Part shown: piece after piece, positions 37,801 to 45,594 of the stretch
Position numbering within the stretch: position 1 is the first letter of the stretch
Layout: each line of letters begins with the position of its first letter
DNA from: Clostridia bacterium
Lineage (GTDB): Bacteria; Bacillota; Clostridia; Oscillospirales; CAG-272
Assembly (NCBI GenBank): GCA_017540175.1
Contig: JAFYBN010000059.1
Span: 3,768-67,767 of the forward strand
DNA: 64,000 nucleotides
Direction: 5' to 3'
Made by a program: the position numbers and the translations under genes
The notes under the pieces: model-generated
Databases searched by the model: none
What the model was told of the DNA's origin: nothing
The model's input: only the letters and a program-made list of their open reading frames with translations

Positions 37801-37964
37801 CGGAAGCTCCCGACAAGTACAAGACGCAGTCCGGCACCGTCGTCCGCGTCGAATACGAGGGCAACGTGAACTTCATCCTCAACTACAACTCCTTCGAAAT
37901 CAAGGTCACGTGGAACGGTCAGACCTACACGATCGCTCCTCTGAGCTATGAGAGAATCGGTTAA
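34815..37964 (+). CDS. Secreted/anchored 1049-aa protein resembling the DUF5696 family, with an acidic coiled-coil and a C-terminal beta domain
   Basis: N-terminal signal/anchor (IVSAFLTLVMVLGSLVISVDA). Large alpha/beta body. EAEADRIAEEIATAEAKAEEEAKAEKAARAQRLKERLDAEAAAAA coiled-coil. The family call comes from memory of annotation patterns and is not verified. Confidence 0.6.
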   Translation: MKVKRIVSAFLTLVMVLGSLVISVDAAYEDKIDENGDPIIDYMSENYASADAKLADMILVKEQNGYQLWYEEFTGEIAVVDLATGVPTFSNPWNLNNGYQGISEAVKQQLMSQLIITYLENDVQKTMNSYYEAALRNQITKKNIKNGIRVEYILGEEQTTRLVPRLIRTDRMDTLILENIDDDWLHEKFIAFYTKKDKDDESLTERGVAEMIAKFPITAEMPVYVCDPDIKARELRELENIVKNFCPLYTYEELDYDHEITRYTGADAAPPRFRMSIEYTLNDWGLEARLPAAGIDFDESAYKFQTVSFLPFFGAGSNEHTGYTFIPDGSGALIRHEQFKGQSVNLSGQLYGSDYAYHEISGQHAESMRMPVYGVVTDYPFDIHEKAAPEEATDSGAAEIAATAAEEEPTGYTNGYFAIITEGDSLASLMAVCGGSLHPYNSVYPMFTPRPSDEYNLADSISVSGSATWTVTSKRKYTNSYRVQFVFLTDKKVAEENGIKDYYSADWVGMATAYRDYLTEKGDLVKMTGDQVKDDVPLFIETFGSTKTTERVLSFPIEVDTPLTTFDDIKTMYTELTDTGIKNVNFKLTGYANGGLSPTVPYRLKWMKVVGGNKGFTDLVDYAKEKNFDVYPDFDFVYIRNQTLFDGISLKQHAVRTIDDRYTTRRAYDAATQSFDRSFAIAISPAYFDRLYKEFGPNYLSYGNDSIAVSTLGTDLNSDFDEDEPYHREDDKEFTLELLENIKNDYANVMIEEGNAYAVKYADVILKTSLTSSNYVKASESVPFKGMVYHASKVFTGSATNMEGDLNESILHAIENGAAMYFILSYQNTSVLKEDFRMSKYYSVAYEIWKDDVAQYYNMLNDAIKDLQTSYIVDHEFLSAERVPDEDEAEADRIAEEIATAEAKAEEEAKAEKAARAQRLKERLDAEAAAAAGEVTEEPATEEETTETPQEEEAPQETVIAANGREVPAGYTLGEDGLTLFDENGEEVPWPEEEAAEAPDKYKTQSGTVVRVEYEGNVNFILNYNSFEIKVTWNGQTYTIAPLSYERIG

Positions 37965-37982
37965 AGAAAGGGGAGTGCATTC

Positions 37983-38984
37983 ATGAACTTAAACATTGAC
38001 GCCGGTAAAGGCGGAAAAAAGCAAAAGATTCAGCTCGACGCCCCCGGAAAGAAAAAGAAACACAACGCATCCCTTGAGTCGAAAAAAGCGAGAGCAGGAT
38101 GGATCTTCGTTCTCCCCTTCGTGATCGGTTTCGTTCTGATCTACATCCCCATTATTTACGACTCGATCAAGTACTCCTTCAACGAGATCAAGATCCTGGT
38201 CGGCGGCGGTTACAAGCTTGAACCCGTCGGATTCAAAAACTACTCCGACGCGCTCTTCGTCGATACCTCCTATGTAACGACGCTGATTTCAGGTCTTAAA
38301 CAGCTCGTCCTTGACATCCCCTCGATCGTCATCTTCTCCCTGTTCGTGGCGATCATCCTGAACCAGAAGATCGCGGGCCGCGCCGCGTTCCGTGCGATCT
38401 TCTTCATCCCCGTTATTCTGACCACCGGTCTGATCGCCAACATCGACGCCGCGAACAACCTCCAGAGCTACATGGAGAACACGCAGGGTATCGACGACGG
38501 CTCCGGGCAGACCTCAACGGCAACACAGATCGTCTCAGTGCTCGATGTCGAGCGATTGTTCGACAACATGATGGTCGGTACGGAAATCGTGGAATACGTC
38601 GTGCAGATGGTGAACAACATCTTCAACATTGTTAACCGCTGCGGCGTTCAGATGCTTGTCTTCCTCTCCGGTCTGCAGTCCATCTCCCCCGCGATTTACG
38701 AATCCTGCTCCATCGACGGCGCGTCCGGCTGGGAAACCTTCTGGAAGATCACTCTCCCGATGGTAAGCCCGATGATCTTGGTGAATACGATTTATACCAT
38801 CATCGACGCATTTACATCAAACGACAACCAGGTCATGTCGTACATCGCGCGTGTCTATGAACAGGCGGACGGCAACGTCCTGTCCTCCGCGATGTCGTGG
38901 ATGTACTTCCTGATTGTCATCCTGATCATTGCGGCGGTTGCCGGTATCCTCAGTGCGTTCGTATTCTACCAGAGAAGAGACTGA
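37983..38984 (+). CDS. Carbohydrate ABC transporter permease (MalF type), pair 2, with a Lys-rich N-terminal extension
   Basis: EAA loop GLQSISPAIYESCSIDGASGWETFWKITLPMVSP. 333 aa. Confidence 0.85.
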   Translation: MNLNIDAGKGGKKQKIQLDAPGKKKKHNASLESKKARAGWIFVLPFVIGFVLIYIPIIYDSIKYSFNEIKILVGGGYKLEPVGFKNYSDALFVDTSYVTTLISGLKQLVLDIPSIVIFSLFVAIILNQKIAGRAAFRAIFFIPVILTTGLIANIDAANNLQSYMENTQGIDDGSGQTSTATQIVSVLDVERLFDNMMVGTEIVEYVVQMVNNIFNIVNRCGVQMLVFLSGLQSISPAIYESCSIDGASGWETFWKITLPMVSPMILVNTIYTIIDAFTSNDNQVMSYIARVYEQADGNVLSSAMSWMYFLIVILIIAAVAGILSAFVFYQRRD

Positions 38985-38998
38985 GAAAGGAGGAAATT

Positions 38999-40057
38999 AT
39001 GAATAACGTTGAATCCGCACCGAAAATCAAAAGAGAGACAAAGAACACGATTCGCGTCGATTTTGAACGTACTCCTTTTTGGGAGAGAGTGAAAGCGAAA
39101 CTCCTGAACCTGTACACCCTGAAAAAGGTTGTCTGGTATCTCTTCCGCCTCCTCCTGCTGCTCGGTATCTCTTACGTCATCCTGTTCCCGTTCTTCTCGA
39201 AGATTTCCTCGTCCTTCATGTCGAAGGAAGACTTCGTGGACGTGACGGTCATCCTGATCCCGAAGCACCCGAACCTTGATATCTACCGCGCAATCATCAA
39301 GGACAACAAGTACTTTGAAGCGCTGGGCAACACGTTCGTTCTTTCCCTCATCTGCGCTGCCATCCAGACCTTCGTCTGCATGTTCATCGCATATGGCTTC
39401 GCAAAGTTCAAATTCAAGGGCAACGGCCTCCTGTTCATGTGCGTCATCTTCACCCTCGTTGTGCCGCACGCGACCTTGCAGTTGTCACTGTTCATGAAGT
39501 TCAGGTATTTCGACGTCTTGGGCATCTTGAACTTGCTAGGCGGAGGTGTATTTGACGGCCTCAACATAACAGGAGGGGTCACATCCGTCAACTTTATAAA
39601 CACGAACTGGCCGCTGTATATCCTATCGTTGACCGGTCTCGGGTTTAAAAACGGTCTGTACATCTTCATGCTCCGTCAGTTCTTCCGCGGTATTCCGGAC
39701 GAACTTGAAGAATCCGCTTACCTCGACGGCTCCGGCATCATGAGAACCTTCTTCTCGATCATTATCCCGCTTTCCACCACGATGATGATCACGGTCTTCA
39801 TGTTCGCGTTCTGCTGGCAGTGGACGGATAACTTCTACACCGAGCTGTTCTACACGACCGCGGGTCAGAAACTCCTCCCGGATATCATCAAGATTCCGAA
39901 ATCCCTCGACACGAACTATGCAGGTCAGTCCCTGTACTCCTCGGCGATTACAAACACCTGCGGTATCATGATCATTGCGCCGCTGATCGTCCTCTACCTC
40001 TTCGGGCAGAGATACATCGTTCAGGGTATCGAGCGCTCCGGTCTGACCGCGGATTAA
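38999..40057 (+). CDS. Carbohydrate ABC transporter permease (MalG type), pair 2
   Basis: Start at the ATG at 38999 (AAAGGAGGAAA RBS). EAA loop LEESAYLDGSGIMRTFFSIIIPLS. 352 aa. Confidence 0.85.
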   Translation: MNNVESAPKIKRETKNTIRVDFERTPFWERVKAKLLNLYTLKKVVWYLFRLLLLLGISYVILFPFFSKISSSFMSKEDFVDVTVILIPKHPNLDIYRAIIKDNKYFEALGNTFVLSLICAAIQTFVCMFIAYGFAKFKFKGNGLLFMCVIFTLVVPHATLQLSLFMKFRYFDVLGILNLLGGGVFDGLNITGGVTSVNFINTNWPLYILSLTGLGFKNGLYIFMLRQFFRGIPDELEESAYLDGSGIMRTFFSIIIPLSTTMMITVFMFAFCWQWTDNFYTELFYTTAGQKLLPDIIKIPKSLDTNYAGQSLYSSAITNTCGIMIIAPLIVLYLFGQRYIVQGIERSGLTAD

Positions 40058-40082
40058 TCCCGCAAAGGCAAACCAGCAAAAA

Positions 40083-40112
40083 AGAGGATTCTTCGTGAAT
40101 CCTCTTTTTTTT
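40083..40112. terminator. Strong (bidirectional) rho-independent terminator ending the 12.7-kb operon
   Basis: 9-bp perfect stem agaggattc/gaatcctct, 5-nt loop, 8-T run, and an A-run upstream. Confidence 0.8.
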
Positions 40113-40272
40113 GACGGATTGTCCCGATCGGAAGCTTCATCGCCGGATCATTGTTTTCGGCACTGCGGCAGATTGATAATATAAATGCTCCCCCTGTGAT
40201 CATCGGCGTATCTGTTTTCGCTGTCTCACAGAGGGAGCGTTTTTCAGCTGGATGGGCCAAATCCGGTTTTCG

Positions 40273-42210
40273 TCAGTAAGAAATCCTCGAAAGGTATTCC
40301 TCCAGACACAGGTTGTTGTCGTGGATGATTTTCGCGTGATAGCGGCCGACGTAACGGAAATGCCACGCTTCCCATTTCGTGCCGGTCACTTCTTCCTTAC
40401 CCTGCGGGTATCGGAGAATAAAACCGAATTTCCAGGCGTTGTCCTGCAGCCAGTAGGATTCTCTCGTCCATGCGAAGTCGCTCGTGAACAATCCCGTGTT
40501 GTCCATGTCGACGGCAAGGCCGGTCTGATGCTCGTCCGTGCCGGGACGGGTCGAATAAGCCGCCACAATGTCTTCCGCTTCCTCGCGGGTCTTGCTCGGA
40601 TCAGCAGTCAATTCGTTCTTGACGAATTCCTCGAACGCCGTCGACTGTTCTTCGTAGGAGCGGTAAGCGGTATAGACCGCCATGTCGTAGAAACCGTTGT
40701 AGAGCATTTCCCGGAACATGGCTTCGAGCGCGCGTTCGGGATATTCTCTCAACAGCAGCTGATCGCGCGAAATGCTTTTGTTGGCCACGTTGACGAGGTC
40801 GCGCGGAACGTCGCGCGCCGTAAGCGGGGACTCCTCGTTGACAAGAACGAGGAAGGCGTCGCGCAAATCGCCGGTCGGATTCATATACATCTCGTATTCC
40901 GAGACGTCTGTCTGGAAGTTCAGCTCGTATTGCGTCGCCTCCAGGATGAGGCCGATCCCGGCGTTTTCCTCAAGCGCGTCAAGCGGCGCGTTGCTCTTGA
41001 GACGGAAGGAAACGGGAAGGTAATGGGTCTTTTTGTTTTCATCCTTAGCCGTCGCTTCCTCGTCGATCACGCGTGCGATCCGGACTTCGCGCCTGTTCTC
41101 CTTGTACTGGAAGGTGAGATTGTTCATCCAGTCGGTCACAAAGGAGGACGAGACCCAGATCTTCTCTCCTTCGAGGCGGTTCGGCACGTCGAGCAGCTCG
41201 ATCTGTCCGTTGACGACGATCTTGTGTTCCCCGGTGACGAAGGTCACGGATTCCTCGCGGCCCGTGCCCGCGGAAGTCTCGGGAGTCTCCTCGCCGACGA
41301 TCAGGAATTTCATTTCCTCCGCCGACCCGGACTCCTTCATATCGAGGTAGTTCGCCAGATCGTTGAAGCAGATATAAATCCCGTCTCCCGCGACGCAGTC
41401 CGCGGCGGCTGCCGTCCTTGTGCGCGTTCCGCCGTAGTAGAAGTAAATGTTTCCGGAATCGAGGGGCTTGTCGGGAGCGTGACGGAAAATCAGATAGATC
41501 CCGACGCCGACTAAAACGGCAAGTGAAACAAAGGCGATAGCGAGACGGAGCACATACAGCTTGAAGCTTTTCTTTCGTTCAAGGCGGGCGCGGGTCTTTT
41601 CACGCTTTTCCTGAACGCGGATGTGGCGCTCATATTCTTCGTCGCTTCTGCGGCGGTCCGCCGCTTCCTGACGTCTGCGCCTCTCCTCGGGAGTAAGCTG
41701 CCGCCGTCCGCGCGGATCCGCCCGGTTCTGCGCGTTTGAGCGCGTGTCGCGCTGCCCGCCGTTCATGGAGCGGTTCGGGCGCGGTCCGCCGGGATTTGAC
41801 CGGCCGCGTCCGGGATCATTCAGCCTCGGACGGTTCGGGACCTGTTCGTAGGCGCCCGCGCCGCCGGAGCGCGGATCGTAAGAGCCGCGGGTCTGCGCGC
41901 TCCCGTTCGGAGCGGGGCGGTTCTGAGTTCCCGGAGTGCCGAAGCGCGGGTCGTAAGCGCCGCGGGACTCACGTCCGGCGTTCGGCGGACGGTTCGGAGT
42001 CTGTTCGGGGGCGGGTCTTTGCCGCAGCGTGCCGCTGTGCGGATTCTGACCGCGCGCGTCCCGGTTTTGCCGGTTCCGCTCCCTGCCTCCGGCGTTCAGC
42101 CACTCTTGATAACGGGCGAATTCCTGCGGCGTCATCTGCGACGGATGCTTTCCGCGCGGACGCCCGCCGCTCGGGGATCCGCGGGGTTTTTCTTCGTTGT
42201 TCTGGTTCAT
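40273..42210 (-). CDS. D-alanyl-D-alanine carboxypeptidase (VanY / peptidase M15B) with a long disordered N-terminal region and one TM helix
   Basis: C-terminal motifs YRSYEEQ, TDEHQTGLAVD and EAWHFRYVG. The N-terminal ~200 aa are rich in R/G/P/N/Q. Confidence 0.85.
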   Translation of the reverse strand: MNQNNEEKPRGSPSGGRPRGKHPSQMTPQEFARYQEWLNAGGRERNRQNRDARGQNPHSGTLRQRPAPEQTPNRPPNAGRESRGAYDPRFGTPGTQNRPAPNGSAQTRGSYDPRSGGAGAYEQVPNRPRLNDPGRGRSNPGGPRPNRSMNGGQRDTRSNAQNRADPRGRRQLTPEERRRRQEAADRRRSDEEYERHIRVQEKREKTRARLERKKSFKLYVLRLAIAFVSLAVLVGVGIYLIFRHAPDKPLDSGNIYFYYGGTRTRTAAAADCVAGDGIYICFNDLANYLDMKESGSAEEMKFLIVGEETPETSAGTGREESVTFVTGEHKIVVNGQIELLDVPNRLEGEKIWVSSSFVTDWMNNLTFQYKENRREVRIARVIDEEATAKDENKKTHYLPVSFRLKSNAPLDALEENAGIGLILEATQYELNFQTDVSEYEMYMNPTGDLRDAFLVLVNEESPLTARDVPRDLVNVANKSISRDQLLLREYPERALEAMFREMLYNGFYDMAVYTAYRSYEEQSTAFEEFVKNELTADPSKTREEAEDIVAAYSTRPGTDEHQTGLAVDMDNTGLFTSDFAWTRESYWLQDNAWKFGFILRYPQGKEEVTGTKWEAWHFRYVGRYHAKIIHDNNLCLEEYLSRISY

Positions 42211-42219
42211 GCGCGTCTC

Positions 42220-42798
42220 CTACTTGGTCTCGCAGACGATGAAAAACGGACTTGACGGGGAATTGAGCATGCGGAACTGCGCGATGCTGTACCGAAAACG
42301 GGAAAGGGAGGCGAAGTACCGTCCGAGCTCCTCGCCCTCCGCCGCTCCTTCCGGATGCCCGGGATAAACGGCGACGAGCAGAACGGCGTCCTCTCCGAGC
42401 ATCTCGAGGGCGCGCTCGACGGCGGGCAGGGTGGTCGAGCGCATGGTGGTGAGCTCTTTCTTTCCGCTGCCCGGCAGGTAGCCGAGGTTGAACATCCCCG
42501 CCTTGATCGGTCCGCGCACGAACTCGTTTGCCCGCTCGTGGGACGCACAGATCAGCCGCCAGTTGTTCGGACAGCCGCTTGCGCGCAGATTCCGCTCGGC
42601 GGACAGGAGCGCGGCGGGCTGGATGTCGAACGCCGTGACCTCACCGCTCCCACCTACGGTCTTGCTGAGAAAGACGGTATCGTATCCGTTGCCCATGGTG
42701 AAATCGACCGCCCGGCCGCCTTCTTTCAGATGGGCGAGAATGAAGTGTTTCTGTAAGGAGAGCAGGTCCACCACGGCGTTTTCCTTTCGCTTGTCCAA
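42220..42798 (-). CDS. Class I SAM-dependent methyltransferase, YtqB/MnmM-like (putative tRNA/rRNA methylase)
   Basis: VDFTMGNGYDTVFL SAM-binding motif, GNLGYLPG motif. 192-aa size is typical of the YtqB family. Confidence 0.65.
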   Translation of the reverse strand: MDKRKENAVVDLLSLQKHFILAHLKEGGRAVDFTMGNGYDTVFLSKTVGGSGEVTAFDIQPAALLSAERNLRASGCPNNWRLICASHERANEFVRGPIKAGMFNLGYLPGSGKKELTTMRSTTLPAVERALEMLGEDAVLLVAVYPGHPEGAAEGEELGRYFASLSRFRYSIAQFRMLNSPSSPFFIVCETK

Positions 42799-42844
42799 TA
42801 TGTGTCGTCGGTCAACGGCCGTTTTCGCAGGGCCCTGTGCCGAT

Positions 42845-43423
42845 TTATTCGGCGGCGAGCTTCACGGCGAGATCGAAAGCCTTCAGGTTGATCTCAAGCG
42901 CCTTCTGCGGAACGCACGCGGCGACGGCGTCGCGGAGAACGGGGAGCTCGAAGCCGAGCACGTCCGCGGCAAGCCCGATCAGCGCGACGTTGGAGGCGCG
43001 GACGCTGCCCGCTTCCTCGGCGATCTTCATGGCGTCGAAGGCGCGGATGTCCACGCCAAGCGCCCGAATGTCGTCGATCAGATGCGGGGGATATTCCGCC
43101 GCGCCGGTGATCACCGGCATCGGGTTGATCTGCTGGGTGGAGGTGACGATGGTGCCGCCGATCTTGAGGTTGGGGAGCCAGCGCGCCGCTTCGAGAACCT
43201 CGAAGCTGAGGATCACGTCCGCGTCTCCCTTGCCGATCACGGGGGAATAAACCTCGTCGCCCACGCGCACATAGGTCACGACGGAGCCGCCGCGCTGGGA
43301 CATTCCGTGGACCTCGGACACCTTGACGTCCATGCCGGAATCCATGGCGGCTTTTCCGAGAATTTTCGACGCGAGCAGCGTTCCCTGGCCGCCGACGCCG
43401 ACGATCATGATATTCTTTGCCAT
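42845..43423 (-). CDS. iorB: Indolepyruvate:ferredoxin oxidoreductase subunit beta
   Basis: MAKNIMIVGVGGQGTLLASKILG…VHGMSQRGGSV pattern. Directly downstream of iorA. Confidence 0.88.
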   Translation of the reverse strand: MAKNIMIVGVGGQGTLLASKILGKAAMDSGMDVKVSEVHGMSQRGGSVVTYVRVGDEVYSPVIGKGDADVILSFEVLEAARWLPNLKIGGTIVTSTQQINPMPVITGAAEYPPHLIDDIRALGVDIRAFDAMKIAEEAGSVRASNVALIGLAADVLGFELPVLRDAVAACVPQKALEINLKAFDLAVKLAAE

Positions 43424-43449
43424 ATCTTACCTACTTTCTGGATCAGCGC

Positions 43450-45171
43450 TCAAAGCGCGCCGAATTTGCACATTTCGGCGCAGAGACCGCAGCCGACGCA
43501 CATGGACTGATCGATGACGGCTTTCTTATCGACAACGGAGATGCACGGGCAGCCCAGCCGCATGCAGGAGCGGCATCCGACGCATTTTTCCGCGTTCACC
43601 TGGATCGGAGGATTGTGCTTCACGGATTTGAGCAGGGCGCACGGACGGCGGCAGATCACGACGGAGGGGCAGGGAGCGGCGACTTCTTCCTTGATGGCCG
43701 TCTCGAGCGCGCCGAGATCGTTCGGGTCGACCGCGCGGATGTGCTCTCTCGGAACACCGAGCGCGGCGCAGATATCCTCGAGGCAGAGGTTCGGAGCGGG
43801 CTCGCCCATGAGGGTCTTGCCCGTGAGCGGGTTGTCCTGATGTCCGGTCATGCCGGTGATGGAGTTGTCGAGAATGAGGGTCGTGGAACGCCCGCCGTTG
43901 TACACGACGTTGACGAGTCCGGTCAACCCCGAGTGCATGAAGGTCGAGTCACCGATCACGGCGACGCATTTGTCCTCTTCGCCGCGGACCTTCTCCGTGC
44001 CGTGCAGGGTGGAGATGGACGCGCCCATGCAGTAGACGGAATCGATGGCGGCGAGCGGGGGCACCGCGCCGAGCGTATAGCAGCCGATGTCGCCGGAGAC
44101 GCGCAGACCGAGCTTCTTCAGCGTGTAGAAGACGCCGCGGTGCGGGCAGCCCGGGCAGAGAACCGGAGGACGGGCGGGGATCGCCGCGCCGACTTCGCAG
44201 TAATCCGGCTCCTCACCGAGCAGGCGTGCGCACAGGAGCTCTTCGGAGTATTCGTCGCAGAGGGGCAGCACGTCCTTCCCGGTTACCTCGATGCCGAGGG
44301 TGCGGAGATGGTTTTCGATCACGGGATCGAGCTCTTCGATCACGATGATCTTCTCGTGCTTCGCGGCGAAATCGAGAAGGAGCTTCGTCGGAAGGGGATT
44401 CAAAAGTCCGAGCTTCAGATAGGAGGCGTTTTTGCCGAAGGTCTCCTTCGCGTAGTTCAGGCAGTTGCCCGCGGTGACGATGCCGATTTTGGTCCCGTTG
44501 TCCTCAACGGTGTTGAGTGGGGTGGTCTCCGCGTATTCGGCGAGCTTCAGAAGCCGCTCTTCCACGACGACGTGGCGCTTTTTCGCGTTCGCGGGCATCA
44601 TGACGTGCTTGCCGGGATCTTTTACGTAGGGCTCGATTTCCTTTTCAACGCGTTCGCCGAGCTCGACCGGGGAACGACTGTGGCTGACGCGGGTCGTGAG
44701 CCGGAGCAGGACCGGGGTGTCGAAGGTCTCGGAAAGCTCGAAGGCGATTTTCGTGAATTCCTTGCATTCCGCGGAATTTGAGGGCTCGACCATGGGCAGC
44801 TTCGCGGCGATCGCGTAGTGCCGGGAGTCCTGTTCGTTCTGGGAGGAGTGCATGCCGGGGTCGTCCGCCACGCCGATCACCATGCCCGCGCCGACGCCGG
44901 TGGGGCCTGCCACGAAGAGGGGGTCGGCTGCGACGTTCAGCCCGACGTGCTTCATGCCGCAGAAGGCACGTCCTCCGCCCACGGCCGCGCCGAGCGCTGC
45001 CTCGAGGGCGACCTTTTCGTTCGGAGCCCATTCCGCGTAGATTTCGGGATAGGTCGCGGCGAATTCCGTGATCTCCGTGCTGGGGGTTCCCGGATAGCTG
45101 GAAACAAAGCGAACGCCAGCCTCGTACAGACCGCGCGCGACGCTTTCATTGCCTAATAGGAGTTTCTTCAT
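43450..45171 (-). CDS. iorA: Indolepyruvate:ferredoxin oxidoreductase subunit alpha
   Basis: N-terminus GNESVARGLYEAGVRFVSSYPGTPSTEI, a TPP-binding region, and two C-terminal CxxCxxCxxxC ferredoxin motifs. Confidence 0.9.
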   Translation of the reverse strand: MKKLLLGNESVARGLYEAGVRFVSSYPGTPSTEITEFAATYPEIYAEWAPNEKVALEAALGAAVGGGRAFCGMKHVGLNVAADPLFVAGPTGVGAGMVIGVADDPGMHSSQNEQDSRHYAIAAKLPMVEPSNSAECKEFTKIAFELSETFDTPVLLRLTTRVSHSRSPVELGERVEKEIEPYVKDPGKHVMMPANAKKRHVVVEERLLKLAEYAETTPLNTVEDNGTKIGIVTAGNCLNYAKETFGKNASYLKLGLLNPLPTKLLLDFAAKHEKIIVIEELDPVIENHLRTLGIEVTGKDVLPLCDEYSEELLCARLLGEEPDYCEVGAAIPARPPVLCPGCPHRGVFYTLKKLGLRVSGDIGCYTLGAVPPLAAIDSVYCMGASISTLHGTEKVRGEEDKCVAVIGDSTFMHSGLTGLVNVVYNGGRSTTLILDNSITGMTGHQDNPLTGKTLMGEPAPNLCLEDICAALGVPREHIRAVDPNDLGALETAIKEEVAAPCPSVVICRRPCALLKSVKHNPPIQVNAEKCVGCRSCMRLGCPCISVVDKKAVIDQSMCVGCGLCAEMCKFGAL

Positions 45172-45253
45172 TCTGATTTGTCCTTTCGGATATCGGATAA
45201 GGGTGCCGAACTTGTATGAACAAAGTCCGATTGGAGATAATAATACAAACTAT

Positions 45254-45282
45254 ATTATACTACAAAAACGGGGATAACGCAA
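45254..45282 (-). promoter_or_regulatory. Sigma-70 promoter for the iorA-iorB-methyltransferase-vanY operon
   Basis: Minus strand: TTGCGT (45282-45277), 17 nt spacer, TATAAT (45259-45254). Confidence 0.55.
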
Positions 45283-45523
45283 GATGGTATCGTGAAAAAA
45301 CGGGTGTGAAAGAAGAGGAATTTCGAGGATTCCACGGGGTCCGCGGCGAATGCGGACATCGCGCCTGTCTTCTCGATTCGCCGCGGGGGAGGCTCCGATC
45401 GTCCGGCCCGAACGCCGCGGCGTGCCGCGCCTTGTGCGGCACGGTTTTCAAAAAAGTGAGAAAAAACGCAAAATAGTGAGATCAAGTGAGAAAAGCATGA
45501 GCTGATTCGGCGCGGCACGAGAT

Positions 45524-45557
45524 ATTTGACTTTGACTGACTTTATTTGACTTTGACC
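45524..45557. repeat. Two copies of atttgactttgac (GTCAAA heptad direct repeats read on the minus strand) overlapping the -35 of the ctsR promoter
   Basis: atttgactttgac occurs at 45524-45536 and 45544-45556, a 20-bp register. The sequence relates to the CtsR heptad GTCAAA. Confidence 0.6.
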
Positions 45558-45580
45558 TTTCCTGACTTTCGGGGTATAAT
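45552..45580 (+). promoter_or_regulatory. Sigma-70 promoter of the ctsR operon
   Basis: TTGACC (45552-45557), 17 nt spacer, TATAAT (45575-45580). Confidence 0.7.
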
Positions 45581-45594
45581 AAGGGCACAATAAA

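Noticed and set aside
26630-40112. tRNA-Gln-adjacent genomic island containing the 12.7-kb operon
   Set aside because: There is no integrase or recombinase and no direct repeat of the tRNA 3' end. The tRNA 3' end points away from the operon (towards lower coordinates). The base composition of the operon resembles the rest of the window.
45216-45476. 86-aa ORF in the iorA/ctsR divergent region, ending near a hairpin (cgtgccgc…gcggcacg) plus T-rich tract
   Set aside because: It has no RBS and overlaps the predicted iorA promoter on the other strand. The sequence is not protein-like. The hairpin could be a small attenuator or sRNA terminator, but I have no supporting evidence.
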